From: Octopus vulgaris | Lineage: Eukaryota | Assembly (NCBI GenBank): GCA_951406725.2 | Contig: OX597834.1 | Coordinates: forward strand, 5,332,001-5,396,000 | DNA length: 64,000 nt | Direction: 5' to 3' | In this document: piece after piece, positions 35,799-49,144 of the stretch | Position numbering within the stretch: the first letter of the stretch is position 1 | How the letters are laid out: every line of letters starts with the position of its first letter | The notes under the pieces: generated by a model | The model's input: only the letters and a program-made list of their open reading frames with translations | Told to the model about the DNA's origin: nothing | Database searches by the model: none | Translations under genes and position numbers: made by a program

Positions 35799-36495
35799 GG
35801 CGCAGGAGTGGCTGTGTGTTAAGTAGCTTGCTTCCCAACCACATGGTTCCCGGTTCAGTCCTACTACATGACACCTTGGGCAAGTGTCGTCTTCTATGAT
35901 TTCGGGCCGACCAAAGCCTTGTGAGTGGATTTGGTAGACGGAAACTCAAAGAAGCCCGTCGTATATAAATATAGGGCAGCGGACTCGCGGTCGTAGGATC
36001 GCGGTTTCGATTCCCAACCGGGCGTTGTGAGTGTTTATTCAGCGAAAGCACCTAAAGCTCCACGAGGCTCCGGCAGGGGGTGGTGGCGATCCCTGCTGTA
36101 CTCTTTCGCCACAATTTTCTCTCACTCTTTCTTCTGTAGGCCTGCTCGCTTAGCCAGCGGGGTGGCATCATTTGAAGGCTAAAACCAATGCGAAGCGCAT
36201 TGTGACCAGCGATGTGTAACAACATCTGATAACCTTGTCGGTCACGTGATCACGTGATATATATATGTGTGTGTGTGTGTGTGTTTGTGTGTATGTGTGT
36301 GCGTGTGTGTGTGTATGTTTAAGTCCTTTAAACTTAACGGTTCGACAAAAGAGAGCGATGAATTAATTACCAGTCTTGAAAAATAAAATAAAGTACGTGG
36401 GTCAATTTATTCGACAAAATTTCTTCATGGTGGTGCCACAGCATGGTCACAGTCTAACAACGACTGAAACAAATAAAAGGTAAAAGGTTAAAAGA
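35799..36495 (+). mobile_element. SINE A split by an OR2-like SINE (35972-36258) in its central microsatellite
   Basis: A head at 35799-35965, B-short body, (TG)n, then a diverged A 3' half at 36320-36495. Confidence 0.8.
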
Positions 36496-36883
36496 TTCAC
36501 TGAGGTGTAGTGCCTCACTTGAAACCATTAACTTCACGTAAGGTTTCGTGTTCAAGTTATCTTGACAGTACTCATCACCACCAGTCTCTATATTATACGT
36601 ACATGGGGCGAGGGATCCTTTCAATACACGAAGTTAACAAAATGCATAAATTTTACTGTGATGCTTCATGTTACAAACCTATGAAACGCATTTACTTTTA
36701 GTTGAGACAATTGTTAAAAAGAACAGTCTTTTAGTCACTGCTACATAAGAACCTGAAACAGGACATCAACTGCTGTTTCCGAGCCCTAGGCTGGTTACAT
36801 GGGATCAAAATTTAGTCACATTTCCTTTAATGACTTTTTAAGTAACAAAAATCATCTGTAAGCTCTATTGTCCATCAGACCAT

Positions 36884-37073
36884 TTTCTTTTATTTGTTTC
36901 AGTCATTTGACTGCGGCCATGCTACAGCACCGCCTTTAGTCGAACGAATCGACCCCAGTACTTATTCTTAGTAAGCTTAGTACTTATTCTATCGGTCTCT
37001 TTTGCCGAAGCGCTAAGTTACGGGGACGTGAACACACCAACATCGGTTGTCAAGCGATGGTGGGGTACAAACA

Positions 37074-37115
<42 letters not shown>

Positions 37116-37294
37116 CACACACATATATATACGACAGGCTTCTTTCAGTTTCCGTCTACCAAATCCACTCACAAGGCTTTGGTCGGCCCGTGGCTCTAGT
37201 GGAAGACATTCGCCCAAGGTGCCACGCAGTGGGATTGAACCCGGAACCATGTGGTTGGTAAGCAAGCTACTTACCACACAGCCATTCCTGCGCC
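36884..37294 (-). mobile_element. SINE A
   Basis: Similarity to the 2798-3218 copy. Confidence 0.88.
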
Positions 37295-37586
37295 ATAATT
37301 AAATTCTTCTTCAATGATTCGCCAATCTGATAGAAATCTTATTTTAAAGTATGCTTATTATGACAAGAAATCACAAGCAATTATAGTAACTTGGAACACT
37401 ACCAGGAAGTCTTCCGGGCGTTTTCACGACTCTGTCAAATCGTATGCGAGTACTGAAATTGTCATTGCAAGTCATTCTTAGCACTTATATACCAAGTTAA
37501 TAGATGCGTTTCACTCTTTCGCAGCAAATTTGAAAATGGGCGATTTACTCGAAATGTCAAGACTAGTCGAATCTCAGTTTAGTCTC

Positions 37587-37790
37587 AAATTTTGGCACAA
37601 GCGCAGCATTCTCAGAGAGGGGTTAAGTCAACGACATCGATCACTGTATTCAGCTGATACTTTATTTTATCGACCCCGAAAGTATGAAAGGTAAAGTCGA
37701 CCTCGACAGAATTCGAACGTAAAGAGCAAGAAGAAATGCAGCTAATCATTCTCCTCGGCGTGCCAACGGTTCTGCCAGTTCCCCACCTTA
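37587..37790 (-). mobile_element. Diverged SINE C
   Basis: ttttatcgaccccgaaagtatgaaaggtaaagtcgacctcg. Confidence 0.7.
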
Positions 37791-37855
37791 GACTAGTTAA
37801 ATATTACTAATGTAGAATTTAGTATTGTTAGTTATTACGGTATTGCTATAGCTTA

Positions 37856-38327
37856 TTATGACTCTTCTCCATCAGGTGATACCCGTCTGTTAAGATTGAG
37901 GGCATCACCGTCATTGGATGCCCTTGGAAGTGCAACGTGATCAGAGACAGGACCCGGCAAAGCAGGGGCTGGACCTACATCCGCAGGTATACCATTAAGT
38001 CTGGTTCCCTGGGGAAGTGGAACCCTAGTGCAGTTAATTGTAAATTCCATAGTCTTTTCAAATGGCAAATAATGTGTGCGCGCACCACTACTACACACAT
38101 TGGAATGCATTGTACAACCAAGTACTAAAGAAGAACTTTCCTCCTCCATGAAACAAAGCTGTTCCCGCAGGACGTCAACCCAGTATTTCTAAGCTACGGA
38201 CCGAATGATTTATTGTAAGGTTATCTCCCTAGACAGATTGCCTTCACTACAGCTAAGGAGCCCTCTCTACCCCACTGACACAGGTTGTACTGGTTTACAG
38301 TTTACCAGTAGTAGGATCCGATGCTTA
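37856..38327 (-). mobile_element. Probable 5' region of an RTE-related retroelement related to family D
   Basis: Shares acaggttgtactgg..ttaccagtag and ctccctaga..tgcc..gctaaggag blocks with family D. Confidence 0.5.
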
Positions 38328-38400
38328 TTATAGCACACACACATACACATTCACTCGCATTCGTGCATGTGCATCTTGCTATCTCTTAGTCTCTGTATAT

Positions 38401-38445
<45 letters not shown>

Positions 38446-38911
38446 CAGATCCAGTAACTCAAGACCTATAGTTTAGTTCGAAGTTCCTGATAAGTGTCAG
38501 GTACAAAGACTCTTGAATTGCTTCGAAAAATATTGTGATAGCCATCGAGAGAAAGACTCACGTGTCATCCAACTGTGATCAAATGTAAAAATTCCATCCA
38601 AGTAGACACCTCGAGCCATGTGTCACAAATTCGAAATCCCGACTACGAGCTGCACAAAATATCTTCCTTTCTGAATATGCACATTCTTTCACAGATGTTG
38701 TGACTGCCTTGGGTCATGAATGACCATGGGATTGCACCTAGAAAATTACCCTCCGAGGCACATGTCTGGGCAAGGTTGTTTATGGAAGACCAGCAGTCGC
38801 CCACGCATACCAGCCTCCCCTCTCCACCCCACCGATGTTATCCAAGGGAAAGGCAAAAGGGCCGATACAGCTTGGCACCAGTGACGTCACAGCTCATTTA
38901 TACAAGTGTAT

Positions 38912-39214
38912 GTGGCTGAGCACTCCACAGACACGTGTACCCTTAACGTAGTTCCTGGGGAGATTCCCCGTGACACAGAGTGTGACAAGGCTGGCCCCTT
39001 TGAAATACGGGTACAACAGAAACAGGAAGAAAGGGTGAGAGAAACTTGTAGTCAAAGAGTATAACAGTGAAAGAGTACACCACCCCCTACCGGAACCTCG
39101 TAGAGCTTTAGGTGTTTTCGCTCAATAAACGTTCACAATGCCCGGTTTGGGAATCGAACCCGCGATCCTACGACCTCGAGTCCGCTGCCGTAACCACTGG
39201 GCCATTACGCCTCC
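38912..39214 (-). mobile_element. SINE B long-tail, diverged and 3'-truncated, fused to another repeat fragment (38705-38900)
   Basis: Reverse complement of 22676-22980. Confidence 0.8.
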
Positions 39215-39736
39215 ACTTGACAGATGTAATGAAAGCCTTATAAGTCGATCTACGGAAAGCAATTTTCGACAGAGCAGGATCCTTATGAAATAAAGCATTA
39301 GACAGACTAGAACAGGATTCTTTGAGACGTTGATTTGTACGGAGTCTATCCTTCCATACATGATCTGACGAGATTTAGGGACAGGCAAATAACCTGGTGT
39401 AAACTTTGTAATTCAAAGATCTCCACAATTATAACCAAGATCTGTATAGCACCACGTCTAACACAAACACAAATTTCATGAGTTTTATACCAACAGTTTA
39501 ATGTTTAGCTATTTTTGTCGAGTGAATATAACATCCAGCACCAAACGCTTTTGTGATCAATTGTAACTAATAATAGGCGTCTCCATCAGAGATTTGCGAG
39601 CGAATCTTGATTCACGAAATGTGTTTAAGATCATGGAAATGTTTTGCATGTGTGTGATTCGCTTTCGCCCTCTTTCTCCCTTTCTCCCTGTCTGTCTGTC
39701 CATCTCTTCCTCTGTCTCCCTCACTCTCTCTGTCTC

Positions 39737-39795
<59 letters not shown>

Positions 39796-39798
<3 letters not shown>

Positions 39799-40202
39799 TC
39801 TTTACTCTTTTACTTGTTTCAGTCATTTGACTGCGGCCATGCTGGAGCACCGCCTTTAGCCGAGCACTCGATCCCGGGACTTATTCTTTTGTAAGTCCAG
39901 TACTTATTCTATCGGTCTCTTTTGCCGAACCACCAAGTAACGAGGACATAAACACACCAGCATCGGTTGTCAAGCAATGCTAGGCGGACAAACACAGACA
40001 CACAAACACACAATAAGCATATATATATATATACATATATACGACGGGCTTCTCTTCAGTTTCCGTCTACCAAATCCACTCACAAGGCTTTGGTCGGCCC
40101 GAGGCTATAGTAGAAGACACTTGCCCAAGGTGCCACGCAGTGAGACTGAACCCGGAACCATGTGGTTGTAAACAAGCTACTTACCACACAGCCACTCCTG
40201 CG

Positions 40203-40204
<2 letters not shown>
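39796..40204 (-). mobile_element. SINE A
   Basis: Similarity to the 2798-3218 copy. Confidence 0.9.
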
Positions 40205-40301
<97 letters not shown>

Positions 40302-40317
40302 ATATATATATATACAT

Positions 40318-40367
<50 letters not shown>

Positions 40368-40751
40368 TAAGTAATGCATTAGGGGAGATATACAATTTAA
40401 TTATATATATAAACCCAACAAAATTATTGCAGATTCATTTCCATTGTGTATATATATTCGTATATGCGTGTATGTATGTTCTCGAGCGTGTATGTGTCTC
40501 TGTGTGTGTAAGCGAGTGTCTTTGTGCATGTTTCTATGTGCATAGATTCATATAAATCCAGGAAATCTGATTTGGTAAATATGGAAGCTGCTGTATTTTC
40601 GATGTCTTTGAATTACTTCTTGGCAGTATCACTGTAATTCCATTCCCTTGACAATGGCAACGAAGTTTAGCTATTTCTATATCACTCAACAAGTTCTAAT
40701 AAGACATCGATGTCAAAACTTCGCCGTAACTGTCAAGAAAAATAACCCCAC

Positions 40752-40783
<32 letters not shown>

Positions 40784-41013
40784 CTAGGTTCTAACTATTT
40801 AACAATATCTTTCAAAATGTCCATCACACAGTTATTGCATTGTCATTAGAATCCCCTGTCAACTGTTTAAAAGTTTGCTTTTGGTCACATCTTGTTGGAT
40901 TCGTTCTTCTTTCGTTGTTCTTTTGCTTTGAACTTCGGGATATACAAGTCTGTTGTATCCAGGTAGAATGACTTCAACACCATGGTTCCGTTCCTCAGTC
41001 AGTCATGGTTTAA

Positions 41014-41244
41014 GGTGGCGAGCTGGCTGAATCGTTAGCACGCCGGGCGAAATGCGTAGCCGTATTTCGTCTGCCGTTACGTTTTGAGTTCAAATTCCGC
41101 TGAGGTCAACATTGCCTTTCATCCTTTCGGGGTCGATAAATTAAGTACCAGTTACGCTCTGAGGTCGATGTAATCGACTTAATCCCTTTGTATGTCCTTG
41201 TTTGTCCCCTCTGTGTTTAGCCCCTTGTGGGTAGTAAAGAAATA
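41014..41244 (+). mobile_element. tRNA-derived SINE family C, reference copy
   Basis: A-box-like agctggctgaatcgttagc and B-box gagttcaaattcc; conserved body gcctttcatcctttcggggtcgataaattaagtacc. Confidence 0.85.
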
Positions 41245-43544
41245 ATTATTTTTAGTTTCCGTGATTTTTCTATCGTTGTTTAACAAAAATGTATTCTCGT
41301 GATGAATCCTGTTCCCTACATCTCTTTTTTTCTCTGTCTGTTCTATTCACTATACTTAAATATAAGGTAATATAAATCCAATGACGAAGGCAATGGATTT
41401 AACAAGAGTGTTGTTGATAAAACAAATTCAAGTCTTTTTCTTTTCAGTACAATGATTCAAATTTTTACTGAATTGTTCACTAATACTAAAAGCTGTCTCT
41501 CATGCGTAGGTTATTTGGGAGGCTAGCATGTGCAAGGGATAAACGAGTATGACCTAAATAAAACAGAAAAATACTGAACTGTCATGACATCTATCGGTAC
41601 ACAGCCTAAAACGTCCGTATCCTTTCGTTTTAAAAAGCTCGAACATTGTTTAATTGGATAATATTTTACTGGAGGACATGTAACCAGTGTGCTCTTTAAA
41701 ACAAGAGGTACTGCCACTCAATGTCTAAATTCAGTTCAAGATTCACATACTGTTGATATAAAATTCTTCTAAGCATAGTGAATACCAACTGCATGAAACT
41801 TGTAAAATGCCACACCAATGTAGCTTTCCATTTTGGAATAGTGAAATATTTTCTTTCGGAATTCATTCACCACAGAACTAATTTATATTGAAAATTTACA
41901 CGTTTTATTAGAGTACATAATTTCATTGCATAGGACTGCAACATGAAAATTCCATTGAAAAATGTAATTTTAATGCATTTCAGTGGCTAAAAATTTCTAA
42001 TATACAATTTCTTCTTGCTAACCATTTGGTAGTTCCTCCTCATTGTTGACTAATTCATATATTTCTACTTAAAATTCTCCGTGTAATGTTTATCTGTGGA
42101 CACAGGTTGTAAGTTTCTCTTTACAAGTAATCAATGTTTGGACGCTATCCTTTAGCAAGTTGGGAACATCTTAAATGGAGAGTCGCAAATGCATTTTATG
42201 GGAATCAGTCGGTCATCTAATTTCATTAACGGATAGAGAGAATTATCATCACCACAAATGTTTGAAGTTCAGTATCGTGCACCAACAAACAGATTTAAAC
42301 ATTGATTCTCTCATCATTCATGAACACTTTCACAACTTGATGTCACACTTAGTTACAGCAGTTCATGTAATAGAAATTAACTCCAAAACCTATGACAGAT
42401 TTTTTCTGTCCTGTTTTTTTTTTTTTTTTTTTGTAATCTTTAATATATAAATGCTTTTCGGAGGCAGTATCAAATTGATTCGTCCAAATGAAGAACTAAC
42501 TAAGACTTCAATCATCAATTTGATCTTTAAGGTAAGTTGCAGCAATAACATTAATTTTTGGTTATAAATGCAATGAATTTTGTTCTATGAAGTTTCCAAC
42601 CAGTTTCATGATGAAAGAATTATCTTATTAAGAAGTTCTAAATGATTGACGCCACGAATACTCGTATAACAAGATAGAAAATTTATTAACAGTCGTTCTA
42701 ATTTTATTATTTTGCTTCGAAAAAGACTGCTTAGACAGTTTGTTGCAAAATTGAGTATATCAGAGAACTACATTTCTTTTGCTAAAAGAACTATGTTTTT
42801 TCTTAAAAGTGTTTCCTGAGTTCACACTGAAGATTGCACACTTTGTACAAAGCTTTACATTGAGTATATTTTTTACTTATATTTTGAAAATTTTCGTCGC
42901 ATTTTGTCAGGTTGTTCACTGCTAAAACAGGAATAGTTTTAGAATTATCAAGCTTATTTAAAAAAAACATATAACGCAATTGCTGTCCATGATTGAGTAA
43001 CTGTTTCCTAAAACATCCGAGTCATTAAACACACAAGGGATCTTCTACGCAGTCACATTATATATTAGCAACTAAATACTCTTCAACTAACGTTCAAACC
43101 TTTTTTAAATAAAGAAGGATATGCTGCAAAAATCATACAGATCCTTTACCTTTATCGTTCAGATAACTAGGTAAAGCTAATATAGATATTTTGATAAACG
43201 CTTGTTGCATAGCCACTGACGAAGTGCATCCTTAGATAGAAACATTTGCTTGACAGTGCAACTAACAATGCCTGCATCCAGTGTTTCAAATCTGGGAAGA
43301 TATATTAATGCCATGACACAATATTGATTATTTATAACTATCGCTATGTTCAATTTAAAATTAATTTTAAAAGAGACTGAAAGAGACATTGATTTTACGA
43401 AGAATATCAGAGTAGCCGGGGCATCAGTAATGACGGTGTCAAAAATAACAAAATGAAGGTTGCCAGTGAGAGAATGGTGGCGTAAATAAAAACGCCAAAA
43501 TAATTTCACAAATGTACATTTATATATATATTTAAAACTATTTA

Positions 43545-44450
43545 CGAGGTGGTACTAAGAGGTTTCTGGATTTGTTATGTTTAATAAATATTTAATAAAT
43601 AACTTATTTACCGAATTTCTAAAATCATCTCCTTCGATATCGTCATCTTGCATAGCAATACACCAGTTCCAGCTTTCCTGCCACTTTCGGAATGCGGCCT
43701 GGAAGTCGTTTTCCGTAAGTGAGTCGACAAGGTTTTGCGATTCGCTCTTGATTTTGACAACGGTGTTTAAATGGTGACCTTTGAGCAGCCTTTTCATCTT
43801 GAGGAAGAGCTGGAAGTCGGCTTGCGCTAAATCTGGCGAATAGGGCGGGCGTGGAAGCGATACCATGTTGTTTTTGTGGAGAAACTCACGAGTGAGGAGA
43901 GCTCGGTTAAGATTTCAATTTCTTTGCGCGTCACAGATCCGGTCCCTTTCACGGAGTGTTCGCCCTCAAACACTTCAAAACGCCGCAGTTGAACTCTCGG
44001 TTAACAGCCTGGCATCGGGTAACGAATCTTCCATGCACAATACCTCACTTCCGGGACTGACGCTCGTCGTAGGTCTTCCAGAGATGTTCGTCTTCCAGGG
44101 ACATTCTTCCGCTTTTGAAGCGCCCGTGCCACTCCAAACATTGAGTACGACCCATTGCCTCGTCGCTGTAAGCTTGCTGAAGCATGCTCAATGCCTCTGT
44201 AGCTGACATTCCAAGTTTAATGCAAAACTTCCTTATGGCTCTTTGGTCCTGTCCATGACAAAATCGCAGAGTACAGCATACACGTGATCACAAAAATACA
44301 AATTTTACAACTTGTGAAGTAAACACAGTGATGTTAATCGGCACACCACCTCATGAAGATCACTGCTAGCCCTCACTGCGCACGCAGCCACGTGCTGCCA
44401 TCTGTTGGCGCGCCACAGAGCTAGTCCGGGAAAATTTTGATATCACCTCG
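43545..44450 (-). mobile_element. Internally deleted mariner (about 0.9 kb), TA TSD
   Basis: TIRs TA|cgaggtggtac / gatatcacctcg|TA; minus-strand PPYSPDLAQADF..LKG C-terminus and LGMSATEALSMLQQAY..EWHGRFKSGR N-terminus. Confidence 0.85.
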
Positions 44451-44711
44451 TATATTTATTTAACTGTTTAGCATTTAAACCGGCCGTATCTAGCCCAAAT
44501 ATTATACGTGTTTATGTTCAAGCTGGCCAGATCTGGCCTCTCGCACCTACCCTACATAAGTATTCTAATAATAAGTAATCACTGCATGGAACTACCAAAG
44601 CTACGAGATAATACATGATTAATTATGATACATGTGAATAAATAAGGATTAAACTGGACGGAATGCTAAAGGGTTTAAATCTACCAAAATATGTTTATTT
44701 ACACACGGGTA

Positions 44712-45073
44712 AATTCGAGCTTTGGTGTTGGAGAAGACTTTTACTGATTCCATGGATAGCGAGGCTCACCAATGGAGAAGTTCTTAAGCAGATCAGGCCG
44801 AAAATGTTGCTAGAAGCTAGGATCACCAAGCATAGATTGGCATATTTTGGTCATATTATGCGGAGAAAATCCCTGGAGAAGGACATCATGCTAGGAATGG
44901 TCAGTGGCAAGAGAGGAAGAGGCCGACCAAGAACCCGCTGGCTTGACACCATCAAGAGTCATACCGGAATGGACATAGCCAATCTGAAAGAAGCGGCCCA
45001 GGATAGAACTGACTGGAGGACACTGATCCAACGAGTGACCGAGAGTGACTTCGACTGAGCGGATAGAGAGAGA
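44712..45073 (+). pseudogene. 5'-truncated RTE/BovB-like LINE 3' end
   Basis: FELWCWRRLL.IPW..R.TN..VL...YFGHIMRR.SLEKDIMLG.V.GKRGRGRPRTRWLD. Confidence 0.9.
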
Positions 45074-45539
45074 CACATGGGCACATGATCTTAATATTAC
45101 AAACTGTCCCCTACATTTTCTAAATGTTTTCTATGAAGAGATGGTTTAGTTTGTGCCAAACTCTGTGTATTTACAACAAATTTGATGCATTTTATGCAAA
45201 AGCTACAATTACAAAGAATAAGCATTAGTTTCACATTCCCTGCAAATCTTCCTGAAAAACAATATTTCTTGTATAGATATAGAGAGACACCAACACAGCT
45301 CAGCTTTCTGAATTTTCATTTTGTAGTTTCTAATTATCATTTATTTATTTATTCATTTATTTTTGTTCTGCTTCAAGCATTGAATATACGAGTACAGAAT
45401 AATACGTAAATAGGCTGAAGTTGAATACAGGATAGGTGTATGTACATGAGTTGAATGTGAAAGGTAATTGTGAAATATTGTGAAATATATAACGCAGAGT
45501 AATCACCAGTAGAACAAGTGAATATACAAATACATATGC

Positions 45540-45826
45540 CATTCAAGTGTGGTTATTGCCAGTGCCACCTGACTGGCTCCCTTCCACTGGCACATAAAAA
45601 GCATCATTCAAGCGTGGTCAATGTCAGTACCACCTGACTGGCCCTTGTGCCAGTGGCATTTAAAAAGCACTCATTACACTCTCGGAGTGGTTGGCGTTAG
45701 GAAGGGCATCCAGCTGTAGAAACTACCAGATCAAGATTGGAGCCTGGTGCAGCCATTTGGTTCGCCGCATCTCCGTCAAACCCATGCTAGCATGGAAGGC
45801 GGAGGTTAAACGATGATGATGATGAT
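45540..45826 (+). mobile_element. SINE 3' part with V-domain-like motif, about 65-bp internal tandem repeat and (GAT)n tail
   Basis: ggttggcgttaggaagggcatccagctgtagaaac resembles the V-SINE central domain; gccagtgccacctgactggc appears twice. Confidence 0.6.
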
Positions 45827-46141
45827 ATAGCGTATTAAAAGTATACTGACGACACATAGTGCATTATATATATATATATTGATTAGATTTATCAATAAGA
45901 AAAAGGAGATAATTGATTCGATCATGAGGATTTATGAATACAACAACATTAGTTGAGCCTTTTGAGTCAAAACAGGAAGCAGAATGAAATTTCGAACACA
46001 AAAAATAAGCAAAGACCCCAGCCTGTGTCAAATAATTTAGAGCTTGTGTAGAATAGGTTAGAGAGTAGAGCATATCATGTGGATCAAATTAACAACTTCA
46101 AATGGTTAAGTGCTACTAACAAGAAAAGTATATATATATAT

Positions 46142-46300
46142 GGAGTGGCTGTGTGTTAAGTAGCTTGCTAACCAACCACATGGTTCCGGGTTCAGTCTCA
46201 CTGCGTGGCATCTTGGGCAAGTGTCTTCTGCTATAGCCTCGGGCCGACCAAAGCCTTGTGAGTGGATTTGGTAGACAGAAACTAAAAGAAGCCCGTCGTA

Positions 46301-46352
<52 letters not shown>

Positions 46353-46573
46353 TGTGTGTGTTTGTGTGAGTGTGTTTGTCCCCCTAGCATTGCTTGACAA
46401 CCGATGCTGGTGTGTTTATGTCCCCGTTACTTAGCGGTTCGGCAAAAGAGACCGATAGAATAAGTACTGGGCTTACAAAAGAATAAGTCCAGGGGTCGAG
46501 TTGCTCGATTAAAGGCGGTGCTCCAGCATGGCCGCAGTCTGAAACAAGTAAAAGAGTAAAAGAGAAAAGAGAG
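46142..46573 (+). mobile_element. SINE A
   Basis: Similarity to the 2798-3218 copy. Confidence 0.9.
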
Positions 46574-47161
46574 TAATATATATATATAAATACACGCAGC
46601 GTATATTGCTGGTTAAGGATAATAACGCGCATGTAAATTGACTGCTTGTGCAAATTGTTTAGAACATGTAATATAACTGGTAGTGCTGTAGTGGTTAATG
46701 AATAATAAAACCAGGAATTCATGGTCAAATAGGAATAAAGTTCGGTGGGAAGTAAAATTTCATGGATCTTCAAGTTGCTGGCTTTTCCCAATTTGTAATC
46801 GACTTTGATAATCAGCATTTGATAGTGACGTTTAAACCTCCAAATAATTACAGTACCTCCGAGATTTCTTTTTGGAAGATTGTTGTCCATAATACAATGA
46901 GCTTAAAAGTATTTAAGCGCAATGCAAAAGTAGAATTTGGGAAAATACAAACAGAATGAATTTTCAAATAGTATTGAGACTTAAGCGTGTTGTAATTCAA
47001 AACAATTGCTGTAAACCCAATATTACTAAGCGATCCGAATTATAGGCTAAAGCGCGAAACCATGATATATGCTACATGCAGACTACTCTCATAATCAAAT
47101 GGGCTGTCAGTCACACACATTTTTATTCTCCGTCTCATACATACGTACATACATACATATA

Positions 47162-47706
47162 TGGTGGCTGTCCCCTCGTTATCGAGTACGGCCATTGCAC
47201 GAAGCTTAATCAATGTTGATATCGTGCAATGCCTGTGCAAGAAGATTTTTTTTTTAAAGTGAGGAAAGGCTGTCAATCCCACTCACTAAGCAACAGCAGC
47301 CATAATCCGAAAAGAAGAACAAGTCAACACCATCAGCAACCACTGAGCCGCAGGTTTTTTGTCGGAGTTATCCCAGTTACCTGAGTTACCTTCACCTAGA
47401 AGGATGCCCTAACAAAGGCTAGGAGTCTTTCACTCCCAATGGTTCAACCGCGCGATCGGGTATTCAGTCCGATTATTTCTATGTCCCCGCGCATGATACA
47501 TCCTTAAGACATTTATTGGATGGCCGTTGACTCTCAAGAGTTCCTCCGCCCTTTGACGGGATTCGTTTTCATCCCGCAGGGTGTCCAATAAACACCCTTT
47601 TCACCAAGCAAGCTTGGTGGGATTGCCGGTTTAGTCGCCGACGACCCGACCATTCAACAGGTTGTACTGGGTTATATGTTACCAGTAGCACTCGAAAGTG
47701 ACCTGA
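47162..47706 (-). mobile_element. Repeat family D
   Basis: Reverse complement of 27575-28127. Confidence 0.8.
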
Positions 47707-47842
47707 CATACATACATACATACATACATGCATACATACATACATACATACATACATGCATACATACATACATACATACATACATACATACATACATACA
47801 TGCATGCATACATACGTACATACATGCATACATACATACAAT

Positions 47843-47874
<32 letters not shown>

Positions 47875-47928
47875 CATACCTACAAACATACAATCATACA
47901 TACATACATACATACATACATGCATACA

Positions 47929-47990
<62 letters not shown>

Positions 47991-48084
47991 CATACCTACA
48001 AACATACAATCATACATACATACATACATACCTACAAACATACAATCATACATACATGCATACATACATACATACATACATACA

Positions 48085-48118
<34 letters not shown>

Positions 48119-48180
48119 CATACATACATACATACATACATACATACATACATACAATCATACATACATGCATACACACA
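47707..48180. repeat. (CATA)n array with higher-order variant unit cctacaaacatacaat
   Basis: Directly visible. Confidence 0.95.
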
Positions 48181-48196
48181 CGCGTGTGTGTACATT

Positions 48197-48798
48197 TTAC
48201 CTTTTATTTGTTTCAGTTATACTCCGACCATGATGGGGCACACCCCTGGAAGAATTTTGCGTTGAACGAATCTACCCCAGTCCTTTTTTTTAAACCTGGT
48301 ACTTATTCTATCGAATTCTCTTTCCGAACCGCTAAGTTACGCAGACATAAAGAAACTGGCATCGGCTGTCAAGCAGTAGCGCAGGGACATATACAGGTGC
48401 AAGGACACACACACATATATATACGACGAGCTTCTTTCAGTTTCCGTCTACCAATCCCACTCACAAAGCTTTGGTCGGCCCGAGGTTATATTAGGAAACA
48501 CTTGCCCAAGCTGCCACGCAGTGGGGCTGAACCCGAACCCATATGATTGGGAAGCAAACTTGTTACCACAGAGCTAGGCCTGCGCCTATCATATTTATAA
48601 GTGTGTCCGTGTGTGTATGTTTGTATGTTTGTGCACGTAGGAGTGGCGGTGTGGTAAGTAGCTTGCTAACTAACCACATGGTTCCGGGTTCAGTCCCACT
48701 GCGTAGCACCTTGGACAAGTGTCTTCTACTATAGCTTCGGGCCGAGCAAAGTCTTGTGAGTGGATTTGGTAGACCGAAACTGAAAGAAGCACGTCGTA

Positions 48799-48841
<43 letters not shown>

Positions 48842-49061
48842 GTGTGCGTATATGTTTGTGCGTCTGTGTTTGTCCCTCCAATATCGCTTGACAACCGATG
48901 GTGGTGTGTTTACGTCCCCGTTACTTAGCGGTGTCGGCAAAAGAGACCGAAAGGATAAGTACAAGGCTTACAAAGAATAAGTCCCGGGGTCGATTTGCTC
49001 GACTAAAGGCGGTGTTCCAGCATGGCCACAATCACATGACTGAAACAAGTAAAAGAGTAAA

Positions 49062-49062
<1 letters not shown>
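48197..49062. mobile_element. Head-to-head pair of SINE A (48197-48586 minus, diverged; 48639-49062 plus)
   Basis: Similarity to the 2798-3218 copy. Confidence 0.85.
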
Positions 49063-49092
<30 letters not shown>

Positions 49093-49144
49093 ATGTCTGT
49101 GTACCTGTGTGTGTTTGTGTGTGTTTGTGTACGTGTGTGAGTGT

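Noticed and set aside
47676-48546. Long ORFs of 169-272 aa (HTYI repeats)
   Set aside because: Stop-free reading of the (CATA)n array
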